A program made the translations under genes and the position numbers. Source: Octopus sinensis (lineage: Eukaryota). Taken from it: a stretch of DNA of 25,341 bases. Below are positions 1 to 10,975 of the stretch, piece by piece (position 1 is the first letter of the stretch; each line of letters opens with the position of its first letter). The notes under the pieces were generated by a model. The model ran no database searches and was not told where the DNA came from. It saw nothing but the letters and a program-made list of their open reading frames with translations. The stretch covers positions 1 through 25,341 of the forward strand of contig NW_021836186.1 in the NCBI RefSeq assembly GCF_006345805.1, in the 5' to 3' direction.

Positions 1-118
1 ATTATTTTATTATTATTATAATTATTATTATTATTACTACTATTATATTATTATTATTATATTATTATTATTATTACTACTATTATATTATATTTTATAA
101 TTATTATTATTTTACTAC

Positions 119-175
<57 letters not shown>
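1..175 (+). repeat. (ATT)n/(ACT)n trinucleotide microsatellite
   Basis: Nearly continuous ATT repeats with ACT variants; same motif as the tails of the adjacent SINE A copies. Confidence 0.95.
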
Positions 176-178
<3 letters not shown>

Positions 179-397
179 GGCTGTGAGCGAACAGAATCGT
201 TGGCACACCGTGTAAAAATGCCAAGCGGTATTTCGTCCATCCTTACGTTCTGAGTTCAAATTCCACCGAGGTTGATTTTGCCTTTCATCCTTTCTGGGTC
301 GATAAATTAAGTACCAGTGAAATACTGGGGTCGATGTAATCGACTAGTCCCCTCCCACCAAATGTTAGGCCTTGTGCCTTTAGTGGAAAGTATTATT
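176..397 (+). mobile_element. tRNA-derived SINE family A, tail type 1
   Basis: Starts TAAGG; degenerate A-box, B-box-like GAGTTCAAATTCC, CCAGT/ACTGG and GTCGAT/ATCGAC hairpins, tail GGCCTTGTGCCTTTAGTGGAAAGTATTATT; alignable to many other copies in the window. Confidence 0.9.
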
Positions 398-613
398 TAA
401 GGCGGCAAGCTGGCAAAATCCTTAGCACGCCAGACGAAATGCTTAGCGGATTTCATCTGTCCTTACGTTCTGAGTTCAAATTCCGCCGGGGTTGACTTTG
501 TTTTTCATCCTCTCGGGGATCTATAAAATAAGTACCAGTTTATGTAATCGACTAAGCCCCTCCCCTCAAATTCCAGGCCTTGCGCCTATAATAGAAAGGA
601 TTATTATTACTAC
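398..613 (+). mobile_element. SINE family A, tail type 1 (small internal deletion)
   Basis: TAAGGCGGCAAGCTGGCAAAATC...GAGTTCAAATTCC...GGCCTTGCGCCTATAATAGAAAGGATTATTATT. Confidence 0.9.
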
Positions 614-850
614 TAAGGTGGCGAGCTGGTAGAATTGTTAGTGTGCCGGCAAAATACCTAGCGGCATTTCGATCGTCCTTACGTTCTGAGTTCAAATTCC
701 GCCGGGATCGACTTTGCTTTTCATCCTTTCGCGGTTGATGAAATAAATACCAGTTATGCACTCGTGTTGATGTAATCAACTAGTCGCTTCTCCAAGATTT
801 AAGGCTTTGTGCCTATAGAAGAAAGGATTATTATTATTATTACTATTATA
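614..850 (+). mobile_element. SINE family A, tail type 1
   Basis: TAAGGTGGCGAGCTGGTAGAATTG...GAGTTCAAATTCC...GGCTTTGTGCCTATAGAAGAAAGG(ATT)n. Confidence 0.9.
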
Positions 851-867
851 GAAGTTGGATCATTAAT

Positions 868-1263
868 ATTTTATCTTTTGATTGTTTTCAGTTACTGGAC
901 TGTGGCCACGCGAGGGCACTACCTTGAAGGGTTTAGTCGAACGAATCGACCCAGCACTAATTTGATTTTAAGCCTGGTACATATTCTATCATTCTATTAT
1001 CGAGCCGCTAAATTACGGGAACATAAACAAACCAACACCGGTCTTCAAGCAGTGATACGGAATAATCACAAAGAAAAGACACATAGATATATATACATAT
1101 ATTTCTTTTTTTTAATTTTTATTTTCCGTCTACGAAGTCCATTTACAAGGCTTTGGATCGAACTGAAGCTATGGTAGAAGACACTTGACCAACGTGCCAC
1201 GCAGAGAAATTGAACCCGAAACCGTATGGTTAAAAATCTAACTTCTTAGCACACAACCACTGC
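868..1263 (-). mobile_element. tRNA-derived SINE family B with CORE-like segment, near full length
   Basis: Reverse complement aligns with the 5451-5838 copy (GGTTCAAT B-box-like, GGCACGTTGGTCAAGTGTCTTCTACCATAGC) and extends to a tail shared with the copy at 11423. Confidence 0.85.
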
Positions 1264-1390
1264 TAGTATTTTAATAAAATTCATAATAGTAAAGTATGGC
1301 TGTTAACTACACAGGTGCATTGAAAGATGGATAATAGTCGACAGGAGAATGATTAAGAGAAAATACACATGAAACAGTTACTTTTCAAAA

Positions 1391-1407
1391 TGTGTGTGTG
1401 TGTGTGT

Positions 1408-1447
<40 letters not shown>

Positions 1448-1580
1448 TGTATGTGTGTGTTTGTGTGTGTGTGTATTATGCTATATGTATATATATTTAT
1501 ATATACATATCTATATATACACACACACACATATATATATACGTATATAATGTTAAACATATATATATATACATATACAT
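1391..1580. repeat. Compound (TG)n-(TA)n-(CA)n microsatellite
   Basis: Directly visible tandem repeats. Confidence 0.95.
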
Positions 1581-1808
1581 AGGAGCATTTTTCGATGGCC
1601 GGATAACTGAAGAGATGGCGGAGTGAGTTTCCGCCTCGACATCAGAAACTCGGAGTCTTATCATGGCTACCGAATAATTGTCACATATTATATCTACCGG
1701 TACATATAATATATATATATACATACATGCGCACACATATATATATATCTATTATATTAATATTTATCTATTTGTTTATTTATATTTATTTATAGAAAAC
1801 CTCTCCGT

Positions 1809-2065
1809 CAGTAACTCTCAACCAGGATTCACATGAACCTCGGGGATCCATGAAAGGTGGTGTTGTTAAAATTTATCTGCAATAAATTGCTTAAACTTCT
1901 ACAATACACAATGTATATCCAGGATTTTTTCTGAAGTTCCTAATAATATTTACTTATAAAAAATATAGAATTTTTAAAAAATCGAATGGATGTGAGGATC
2001 CAATCAAGTAAGATAGGATTCATAAAGGGGAGGTGGCAGGGGTAAAAAATGGTTACGAAGCATTG
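1809..2065. mobile_element. Degenerate hAT/Charlie-like MITE
   Basis: Imperfect terminal inverted repeats (CAGTAACTCTCAACC ... GGTTACGAAGCATTG) resembling CAGTGGTTCTCAACC-type ends; internal 1859-1910 matches 20791-20845. No clean TSD. Confidence 0.6.
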
Positions 2066-4096
2066 CTAAATGTTCTGCAAGTAACAACCGAATTACCCAC
2101 CTTGGCACTCCACCGTCTTCAAAGAAATTCGAATGGCACATTGAATAATGTAGTCCTAGATACATTGTGACTAAAGAAAAAAGAGGTCATTACTTCAATT
2201 CACAATAGCTGATCTCAACTTACACTTTGCACAATATCCTTTCCTGTCTTAGAGAATTATAATGTATTTTTGAATGGTATTTACCTGCTATTTCTAACAG
2301 ATCGTGCGACCACATATATGCTGCCTTATTGGCTCAACCCTCCCACGAAGGTCTGTATTTTTTTATTTATTTGCTTTTTGCTTATTTGGGTTTTTTTCTA
2401 TTCATATCTACTCACAATCTCACTTTCACACATATTCATATCGTATTTCCAATATTTATTATTTATTTATTTGCAGCTTATAATGGATAATGAGCAGCTT
2501 TTTTTGTTTTCTTTTTTATTATCCCTTTTCCCATTTCTCTGATCGATGATACCATAAAATCTAAAATATAAGATAAAATATAGTAAGAATAAGCAAAAAA
2601 AAAATGGCAGAATATTCTCATTTTTTTGATCAGGAACAGATACCCACACTCTGACATACTCTTCGAAATGTCTCTATAAGAAGCTGATATTCATTACGGC
2701 ATATTATTTTTTTCCTTTACATTTTTTCTCACGTCCTTAATATTTTATCCCTCAAAACATTTCGAGCTAATGGCTTCCCATCTAGGACCATCTATTAGTT
2801 CTGTTTTCACATATATCTTTAATCATTGCATTTCCTCATTATATATATGTGTATAAATATATATGTAAGACTATCTGTTTTTCATATGACTGCTATGTAT
2901 TTTTTATTTTTGTTTTTTATCACTTATTCCTTTCAAATCTCACCGATATATATACATACATACATTCATATATATATATAATATATATATGAAAATATTC
3001 TTCTCTAGTCTATAAGTCTCTCATGTCCTGTTGCTAGATTCTTTCTCTCCGTTTTGTTTTACAAAACACGTTTCTTGTTATATTTTTTTTCCATAAATAT
3101 TTACGTTCTTTTACAATTTTTCCCCCTTCAGAATATCTCCATTCTCTAACGATAGATTTTTTTTCTATATATACATTTCATTCCATTTTTTTCCCTCCTC
3201 CTTTCGTTCTTTTCGTCCGTCTTACTCGTACCAAGATGTGCATCTGCGTGTCGATTAGTATTCCTCATTAGGTCGGGTTGAAATCGTTTTAGATGAAGAA
3301 TGAAATATTGAATTCTGACGGCACATTAGTAATTTTATACGTTATCTCTAGTTTACAATATGGCTGTGAATCCCTACGAACAACCAAACATTACTCACTC
3401 GTCCATTCATGTGAATGGGTTTTTTGCTACAGTAGGCACCCTCTCAATCATTTTCATGCTATATCATCTTTTTCCATGATGATCCCCTTTCATTTATGCT
3501 TTATCTCTTTTGTTTTTCTCATATGTGCGTAAGTTGCATGAGTATATATGTACACATGTGTTTGTATGTGGTATTTCGATATATATGTGTTGAACGCAAC
3601 ACTTTCCCACCGATCTAATCTTATGCATAATACCACCAAGTGCTTGATAAATAGTCAAGAACAAGTTTAAAGTTTTGGAGCTGTACATTAGTTTACAGGA
3701 TAGATATGGAGAACAGAATAGATGTCAGAAAAGCAATATTGATAAAGCGAAAGTGAAAGTACCTATTTAGAGGTGGTCTAGTTTCTGATTCTGTTTCAGT
3801 AAACTGGACTCGTGACTTGCTTCGTTGGTTAGTTACATGAAGCGAAACTATGAGATACTACCGTGAAGGCACAACACGGCTTTTGTTTGGTCACCATTTC
3901 AAAGGAATAAAGATATGAATCGCATGAACTGAATGAATTATCGATTTAAACTTTGTAGTTATTTTGTTAAGGTAAGAACATCTCTGAAGATCACACAACT
4001 GTTTGGTAGAAAAGAAAACAGAGAACGGACAAGGAACGTTTAATATGGAGTTTAAACATGCATCAAATGCATTAATCTACAGTTTTGACGACTCGA

Positions 4097-4202
4097 CGTG
4101 TGTGTGTGTGTGCGTGTGTGTATGTTTGTTTCTGCATGTATGCGTTCCTTTGTGTGTACGTATGTGTGAGGGTGTATCTGTGTGTTTGTCTGTGAGTCTG
4201 TG
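4097..4202. repeat. Degenerate (TG)n microsatellite
   Basis: Directly visible. Confidence 0.85.
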
Positions 4203-5338
4203 GTGTAGTAGTGGTGTGCTCAGCAGCCATCATCAGTGAGGGCTATATTTTCCGTGCAGATAGATTTATCCAGAAATTTTCTGAAGCTTACTGCTAATAT
4301 TTATTAATACATATCTGCTATCTGAAATCATGTATACCAAATGCATATTTGGAAATTAATTGAATATTAAATATATAATTTGAACTCTACAAAGTCGGTA
4401 TTAGGTACAGCAACGACTTTCTGAAGGGAAGGTGGTATATGCAGAAGATAGCATTGTCCACAATTTAGTGCAATAAAGTTTTCTTCATTGCCAAAATTTG
4501 ATCTTTGATTTTTTATGATCTTCCATAGATAATTAACAAACAATCGTTAAAAGGAATAAACACAGAATACTTTGAGACGTTTTCTTTTAGCTTAGGTTAT
4601 TTTATTTGTAAGCGTTCTCTATGACACATCAATTAAATTAATACTGTAAATTAATACAGGGTGTGTTGAAGACGATAACCGTGAACAATAGATTAATGTA
4701 ATTAAAACTAAGATTTTCCATTAATAGATAATTTCTACTCATTCTCCCGTGGACAAAAATCATAGGATCCATCTTAAGGTATGTCGCCATCCAGAAATCA
4801 GGACATTTGAATGTCTGATGAAATATGCCTTTTTTTGCTTTTTTGAGATTATTATTTCTAAGTCTCATCAAAGCTTGTAATTGTTAATCAGGGTGGTGCC
4901 TTATCATCTTATTCTCATTTGCCCATTGATAGGTCTAGATTTAGTTCATCCTAAAATGTGTCAATATCTTCAACAGTTCTGAGTGAAATACCTGTGTGTT
5001 TATGCCAGAAAGTATGATAGTGAATAATAGTGACCGTAGACGTGTGCTTTGATGTACACAATTTACAATAGATAACTTGGCAGAGAAAAGATAGTTCGCA
5101 TGAACAAATTATGTCCAGCCTTGTAAAAAAAAAAATAATGAGAGATACACCGAGTTTTCCATTTATATTAATTTTTTCAAAATTACAAAACAGATTACTA
5201 GACTTCAACTAGGTATGAACATTCACCACTAGATTTACGTTAACCAATAAGAGATTACTTCTATCACAAGCTTCCGATTTGTGGTTAAGGAACGTTCTAT
5301 TATATCACCCCTCAAGGCTTGACTAATATTTTAGTTCA

Positions 5339-5370
<32 letters not shown>

Positions 5371-5373
5371 TAT

Positions 5374-5450
<77 letters not shown>
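5339..5450. repeat. (TA)n microsatellite
   Basis: Directly visible. Confidence 0.95.
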
Positions 5451-5634
5451 GGAGCGTGAGAGTGGCTGTGTGGTAAGTAGCTTTCTTACCAACCACATGA
5501 CTTCGGGTTCAGTCCCACTGCGTGGCACCTTGGGAAGTGTCTTCTACTATAGCGTCGGGCCGACCAAAGCCTTGTGAGTGGATTTGGTAGACGGAAAATG
5601 AAAATAGCCCGTCGTATACATATATATATATATA

Positions 5635-5667
<33 letters not shown>

Positions 5668-5838
5668 ATGTATTTCTGTGTGTATGTGTGTGTGTGTGTC
5701 TGTATTTGTCCCCCAATATCGCTTGAAAACCGATGCTGGTGTGTTTAATGTCTCCGTAACTTAGCGGTTCGGCAAAAGGGACCGATAGTATAAGTAGTGG
5801 GCTTACAAAGATTAAGTCCAGGGATCGATTTTCTCGAA
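5451..5838 (+). mobile_element. tRNA-derived SINE family B with CORE-like segment and internal (TA)/(TG) repeat, 3'-truncated
   Basis: A-box-like GTGGCTGTGTGG, B-box-like GGGTTCAGTCCC, CORE-like GGCACCTTGGGAAGTGTCTTC; internal microsatellite ~5615-5700; flanked by (TA)n on both sides. Confidence 0.88.
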
Positions 5839-5878
5839 TATATATATACATATATATATATATATATTCTTTTCGTAA

Positions 5879-6290
5879 ATCGACGTCAAAATCCACAGTC
5901 AGTGGATTCAGAAAAATATTCCGTCGTTCAAAGGCAAGGATGTATGGCCCTCAAGGAGCCCAAATCTGAACCCGTTGGATTTTTCTGTTTGGTTCATTTT
6001 GGAGACGAGGGTCTCAAGCACTCCTCATGCTTTGTCCGACACCCTGAAGGCAAAGCTGCACCAGAAATGAGCTTCGATTCTTCAAGAACAGCTGTGTGTC
6101 GCATGTGAAGCGTTTGCACCTAGATTTAACGCTGTGATTTGAAATAGAGGTGGTCATATCGAATAAATTAGGCAGTGTCATAATTGTGCTTCCTTTACCA
6201 TTGCATTGCAACGCTTGGACCTAAAATATAACAATATTTTGCTTTGGCAAAATTGCAAAAAGTTAGTTGCCTTAAATTTGGGACACTATG
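5879..6290 (+). mobile_element. Tc1/mariner (maT/DD37D-like) transposon 3' relic: transposase C-terminus and right TIR
   Basis: Frame from 5894 reads HSQWIQKNIPSFKGKDVWPSRSPNLNPLDFSVWFILETRVSSTPHALSDTLKAKLHQK*ASILQEQLCVACEAFAPRFNAVI*NRGGHIE*. The WPxxSPDLNPLDF and terminal GGHIE motifs are typical. Stops at 6068 and 6140; end TTTGGGACACTATG is followed by TA at 6291. Confidence 0.88.
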
Positions 6291-6477
6291 TATGTATGTA
6301 TGCATGTATGTATGTATGTATGTATGTATGTATGTATGTATGTATGTACGTACGTACGTACGTATGTATGTATGTATGTATGTATGCATGTATGTATGTA
6401 TGTATGTATGTACGTATGTACGTACGTATGTATGTATGTATGTATATATATGTAGATATTTATATCTAGATACATAC

Positions 6478-6508
<31 letters not shown>

Positions 6509-6612
6509 ATATATATAACATATATATATATATATATATATATGAATATGCATAATGTGTATGAATGTATGTGTATGCATGTATGTGTGTATGTATGTAT
6601 GTATGTATGTAT
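6291..6612. repeat. Compound (TATG)n/(TACG)n-(TA)n microsatellite
   Basis: Directly visible; begins at the transposon TA target site. Confidence 0.95.
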
Positions 6613-6849
6613 ATGTCCTTTTGATTCACAATGATATATTTTTATAATAGTCTATGCATATCTTTTTTTTTTAACAGATTCAGATAATCTCGAGAGCATT
6701 CGGCTTGTTTCGGAACTCTGTTCAGCTAGTAATTTTTTTTTTCCTTATCACTTCAACTGCTAAACATATTTGTCACTAGCAATACAAATCACATGAATGT
6801 CATTTCTACTTTATCACATTACATCGTATAAATGGCTAAGATTTCCAAC

Positions 6850-6912
6850 CACACACGCACAGAATCGCACATGTACGCACACACACACATACACACACAC
6901 ACACGCACACAC
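6850..6912. repeat. (CA)n microsatellite
   Basis: Directly visible. Confidence 0.85.
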
Positions 6913-7756
6913 CGAAATATTCCCCCGAGGAACACATAATTGAATAAATAAAGGAATTAAATAAGAAATATAATCAATAATAATTATATAAAAATATTAT
7001 TATGCAAAAAAAAAATGTTTATTGTTATTTTTTCGAAATCTGCTATTAAGTTCAAATGTCGTCTGCTCATCCAGTTGAAGTTAAAGTAACTTTACAAGAT
7101 GTCGACCGTTAGCTTTCATTAAGTAGCATTTGTTTTTATTTGTTTTTCATCCATTTATTAAATTATTTATATTTGTTGTCAATTGAACATCAGACCCTGC
7201 GATATATTTCTCTCTATTAACCTTCTCTCTCACTTCACATCTCTTTAAAAGCAAAAAAAAAAAAGAAAACAAATGAAACAGACGAATGACAGACAAAAAC
7301 CGAAATATGAATCTTGTTCGTAACAAGGAAGTTGAAATCTTTACACTTTCATATCTGCATGTCCAACTACGTGATTTGAGACAGTGAAGCATGCTTTACA
7401 AAACCTGTGCGTGCTACTTCGAATGTAACTGGGACTTTTGACGGCTGAAGCGCTATGGTTCACATCACCGTGTGTACGAGGTGCGTAAACGCAAACACAC
7501 GCACAGGCGCTACGCACACACACAAGCACATACACACACGTATATTTATAAACAAAACTATATACGCGTGTGTGACTGCGTTAGATGTGTTCTCATGCAT
7601 TAAATACTTGTAATATCATTATAAAATTTTATGTATATACAAGCATATATGTGTGTATGTCTGTGTGCTTATATAAGAGCATGTAAATATCCGTATATAA
7701 CTCACACAAACACATGCATATGCGTACGCCCGAACACATACGTATATATACTTTTA

Positions 7757-7768
7757 TAGATAGATACG

Positions 7769-7824
<56 letters not shown>

Positions 7825-8078
7825 ACGATGGATAGACACATACATACATACAAGCATACATACATGCATACATACATATATTCATACATACATACGTACG
7901 TACGTACATACATACATACATTTATATGTTGATACATAGAGATATACATATATACATACACACATATATACGTATATATACATAATGCATAACGAGATAT
8001 TGTTGTGTGTGCGTGTATGTGTGAGTGTGTGTGTGTGTGTGTGTGAATGTGTGTATGTGTGTGTGTGCTTGTGTGTGA
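7757..8078. repeat. Compound (GATA)n-(TACA)n-(TG)n microsatellites
   Basis: Directly visible. Confidence 0.9.
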
Positions 8079-8710
8079 GTGAAGACACTGCAATAATGAC
8101 CCCAAAGGAAAACAAGAAGCGATTGTGTGACTGCGATCAACTTCGGTCGTAACGCTTCGACTTGTTCGCGCCCGCCTGCAAACGCGTCTGTCGGAAGCGC
8201 TTCGACGTCGTCCCAAAGCTCTGAGCAAACACACACGCGCGTGCGCAGATAGCAAAGATTAGCTTCAACATTTGCGTCTCTTTACATTCACTCGTGTGCT
8301 GGGTCTGGTGGCGTACGTGTCATTTGGTGAACAAGCGAAGTTTTTTCGTTTTGTCTTTTTTTTAATTCCGGACACTCAGAAAAAAAGCAAAGTTGCAAAC
8401 GTTTATCTCAGCGCTTGCCTTTTATAAATTTTTCTTCTATTTTTGTTTGTTTTACTTGCAGATATTTTCGTGTTTTATTGTTATCCTTATTAGTATTATT
8501 CTTGTTGTTGTTGTTGTTGTTGTTGTTATTCTATCTCGATTCTTCTATTTTAGTTATGATATTTTTTTTATGTGTGTCTTCTTTAATCAGTTCTGAAATA
8601 GAATTAAACAGCCACAAATGAGTTCTACTTTTGTACATGTGATGATTGGCCAACAGAACTTAATAACAGAAATTAGAATCGTTAGACTGTTGGTTATCTG
8701 ACTAGATGAG

Positions 8711-8772
8711 TGGCTGGCTGGCTGGCTGGCTGGCTGGTTGGCTGGTTGGTTGGCTGGGTGGCTGGCTGGCCG

Positions 8773-8838
<66 letters not shown>

Positions 8839-8854
8839 AAGATAGATAGATAGA
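8711..8854. repeat. (GGCT)n-(GATA)n microsatellite
   Basis: Directly visible; the GATA array abuts the 3' end of a minus-strand SINE A. Confidence 0.95.
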
Positions 8855-9040
8855 TTAATCTCTTTATTGCCAAAAAGGGGGCTAAACATAGAGGGAACAA
8901 ACAAGGACAGACAAAGGGATTAAGTCAATTACATCGAACCCAGTGCGTAACTGGTACTTATTTAATCGACCCCGAAAGGATGAAAGGCAAAGGCGATCTC
9001 GGCGGAATTTGAACTCAGAACGTAAAGACAGATGAAATAC
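8855..9040 (-). mobile_element. SINE family A, 5'-truncated second monomer of a dimer, tail type 2
   Basis: On the minus strand begins GTATTTCATCTGTCTTTACG and ends TTTAGCCCCCTTTTTGGCAATAAAGAGATTAA followed by (TCTA)n. Confidence 0.9.
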
Positions 9041-9274
9041 CTATTTCTTTACTAGCCACAAGGGGCTAAACACAGAGGGGACAAACAAGGACAGACGAAG
9101 GGATTAAGTCGATTACATCGACCCCAGTGCGTAACTGGTACTTAATTTATCGACCCCGAAAGGATGAAAGGCAAAAACGACCTCGGCGGAATTTGAACTC
9201 AGAACGTAACGGCAGACGAAATACTGCTAAGCATTTCGCCCGGCGTGCTAACATTTCTACCAGCTCGCCGCCTG
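9041..9274 (-). mobile_element. SINE family A, full length, tail type 2
   Basis: Minus strand CAGGCGGCGAGCTGGTAGAAATG...GAGTTCAAATTCC...TTTGTCCCCTCTGTGTTTAGCCCCTTGTGGCTAGTAAAGAAATAG. Confidence 0.92.
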
Positions 9275-9276
9275 TA

Positions 9277-9415
9277 TATAGATAGATAGACAGATAGATT
9301 GATTGATTGATTGATTGATTGATTGAGGGATCGATGGATAGCTGATAGATAGTATGGATGAATGGATGGGTAGACAGACAGGCATATAAACAGACAGACA
9401 GACAGACAGACAGAC

Positions 9416-9481
<66 letters not shown>

Positions 9482-9537
9482 CAATAGTAGGCTGGATGAA
9501 TAGAAAGATGGATGGATGGATGGATGGATGGATGGAT
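9277..9537. repeat. Compound (GATA)/(GATT)/(GACA)/(GGAT) microsatellite
   Basis: Directly visible. Confidence 0.95.
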
Positions 9538-9755
9538 TTTATGCCTGGGTGGTTGTTTGAATGGTTAGTCAGACGAATGGTTGACTTGTTGGTTGAATGT
9601 GAGGCTGAATGGGTGGCTTGCTGGCTTCCTGGTAGGAGCGATGGATAGATGAATGAATGTCTGTATGCATAGGTAAATGGATGCTTGGGTAGATTGGTCC
9701 GTCTCTTGCTTGTACGGATGGACGCAGTACTGCACCGTAGGCAGCTAGTAAATCG

Positions 9756-9948
<193 letters not shown>

Positions 9949-10335
9949 GATACGACTGGATTTTGTTGCTGTTGTCGCAGCTGCTGTTTTGCCCCTTGAT
10001 CGAGAAGCGCACGTGATCAAATGCATTCCATCCATGACCATCACACCATTTTCCTGTGTATATGATTAAGACACTTTAGTCCCACATTATCCAACGCGCA
10101 TTTCTTTTATATCCCAAGGTGTGATTTGAAGATTTAGCTGCTCGGTCTAGCAGAAGCCCCCTCGTTGTCTTGCTGCTGTAGTTAATAATGGTAGTGGTGG
10201 TGGTGGTGGTGGTGGTGGTACTACTGCTGCTGTTGTCGCTGGTATTGTTGGTGGGTGTGGTGATAATAGGTTGTTCGTAGTAGAACGGTATTAGTATTAG
10301 TTCTTTGACTATTTTGTATGTTTTAGTCAAGAGAG

Positions 10336-10581
10336 ATCTTTCCCGAGTCATACAGACCAATAGAGCCGGTTTCCCAGTTTCTACGGCGTATATATTCCCC
10401 TACTGGACGGGACGCCGGCCCGTAGCAAGATGACTCATTTTTGCGCCAGCTGAGTGTATTTGACCAACGTAAAATGAAGTGTTTCACTCAAGAACACAAC
10501 ACATCGCCCGGTCTAGGAATCGAAACCGCAATCTTACGATCATGATTCCAACACCCTAACTACTTAGCCACACTTCTCCAC
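10336..10581 (-). mobile_element. tRNA-derived CORE-like SINE (family C) with 9-bp TSD
   Basis: Minus strand head GTGGAGAAGTGTGGCTAAGTAGTTAGG...GGTTTCGATTCC, CORE-like GTGTTCTTGAGTGAAACACTTCA; direct repeat TCAAGAGAG at 10327-10335 and 10582-10590. Confidence 0.85.
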
Positions 10582-10706
10582 TCAAGAGAGTAATCAATCC
10601 CCATACCCGTTACAAGATCTCTGAAGCTGGCAAGAGGGAAGAAGTAAGGTATATTCACACCAGAGAACTGGTCCGAATGGTTGCAACAGAGTGAGGTCCT
10701 CTAAAG

Positions 10707-10975
10707 CAGTGCTGGTCCGCGGACCGGTGCCGGTCAGTGAGCCATCGGCTGCCGCTACGCGGCGAGTTTTCAGAAAAGAAATATTATAAAATGCTTATAA
10801 AATACTTATGTAATATTGTATTATTTGTTTACAAAATAAATATAAGCTAAAACAAATTGTCAACTTTTATTATATTCATTTTATATATTGTTTCCAGTAT
10901 AAATTAATATTACTAAGAAATATTATAGGTCCCTGGCACATTGGGGGGGAAAATCAGACAGTTTAAGAAGCACTG
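10707..10975. mobile_element. hAT (Charlie-like) MITE with 8-bp TSD CTCTAAAG
   Basis: CTCTAAAG at 10699-10706 and 10976-10983; termini CAGTGCT...AGCACTG; an 8-bp TSD is diagnostic of hAT. Confidence 0.88.

Noticed and set aside
552-779. ORFs overlapping SINE A (also 12618-12842, 12964-13311, 13303-13488, 21024-21263)
   Set aside because: Recurrent peptides such as [13 protein letters not shown] and NLNSERKD come from reading through the same non-coding SINE.
176-850. CRISPR-like or tRNA gene array interpretation of the tandem units
   Set aside because: The units are ~220-bp diverged SINE copies without unique spacers, and the tRNA-like heads lack a complete cloverleaf.
2075-2250. Possible additional interspersed repeat after the MITE
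   Set aside because: No second copy, TIR or TSD in the window to support it.
4657-4830. TA-CAGGGTGTGTTGAAG resembling a Tc1/mariner terminus, with a CPDFWMATYLK peptide on the minus strand
   Set aside because: No matching second TIR and only vague similarity to the DFWLWGYLK motif; cannot be supported without a search.
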